DNA of 42,744 nucleotides from Anaerolineae bacterium (GTDB lineage Bacteria; Chloroflexota; Anaerolineae; CG2-30-64-16): NCBI GenBank assembly GCA_034429055.1, contig DAOUGK010000039.1, positions 1 to 42,744 of the forward strand, read 5' to 3'. Shown piece by piece: positions 42,659 to 42,744 of this stretch (position 1 is its first letter; each line of letters starts with the position of its first letter). The notes under the pieces were generated by a model. It saw only the letters and a program-made list of their open reading frames with translations, ran no database searches and was not told where the DNA came from. The position numbers and the translations under genes were made by a program.

Positions 42659-42744
42659 CAACCGCGGAAGACGCAGAGCACACGGAAAATCGAGCAACAC
42701 ATGGAGTCGAGGCTTTAGCCGGATGGGTTGATTGAGAATGTACA

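Noticed and set aside
1-42744. CRISPR arrays, tRNA/rRNA genes, transposases, integrases, phage genes, toxin-antitoxin or known defence genes
   Set aside because: All non-coding gaps are short (286 nt or less) and lack cloverleaf-like or spacer-repeat structure. No ORF shows DDE, tyrosine or serine recombinase, Cas or restriction-modification motifs.

Overview
High-GC bacterial window with strong Shine-Dalgarno sites and dense coding. Sequence style (YLPL motifs after cohesin-like modules, GACAGGATT- and GAGGACA-type palindromic intergenic repeats, beta-helix proteins ending in CD-GAYE motifs) suggests a Chloroflexota-like organism, but that is low-confidence inference. The left third (1-12 kb) holds carbohydrate-utilisation genes: a GH38 alpha-mannosidase 3' fragment, a Gfo/Idh/MocA oxidoreductase, a GPH/MelB-type sugar symporter, an unassigned 673-aa cytoplasmic protein and a GH36-like alpha-galactosidase. 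These are interrupted by a 7TM-PAS-HisKA_3 sensor kinase and a CPH-type, His-rich (CopB-like) P1B ATPase. A NarL/LuxR response regulator (12.2-12.8 kb) sits directly upstream of the dominant feature, a ~23-kb, five-gene, same-strand cluster (13,065-36,120). It encodes a small receiver-like protein, a small membrane-anchored cohesin-like protein, an 871-aa secreted protein, a ~5,375-aa giant secreted mosaic protein, and a 1,052-aa membrane-anchored protein with five cohesin-like modules. The giant protein carries LamG, four tandem parallel-beta-helix modules, a PKD nested in a cohesin-like fold, ~1,700 aa of unassigned sequence, a helical region with a hydrophobic hairpin, a C-terminal region that looks like the Tc-toxin A-subunit C-terminus, and a dockerin plus cohesin. 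I read this as a non-cellulosomal cohesin-dockerin surface assembly displaying a possibly TcA-like translocator/adhesin, and it is the best candidate for an undescribed system. The right end carries a DUF2207-like membrane protein, an RNB-family exoribonuclease and FtsH. I saw no rRNA, tRNA, CRISPR array, transposase or integrase. All family assignments come from reading motifs by eye and need profile or structure searches.
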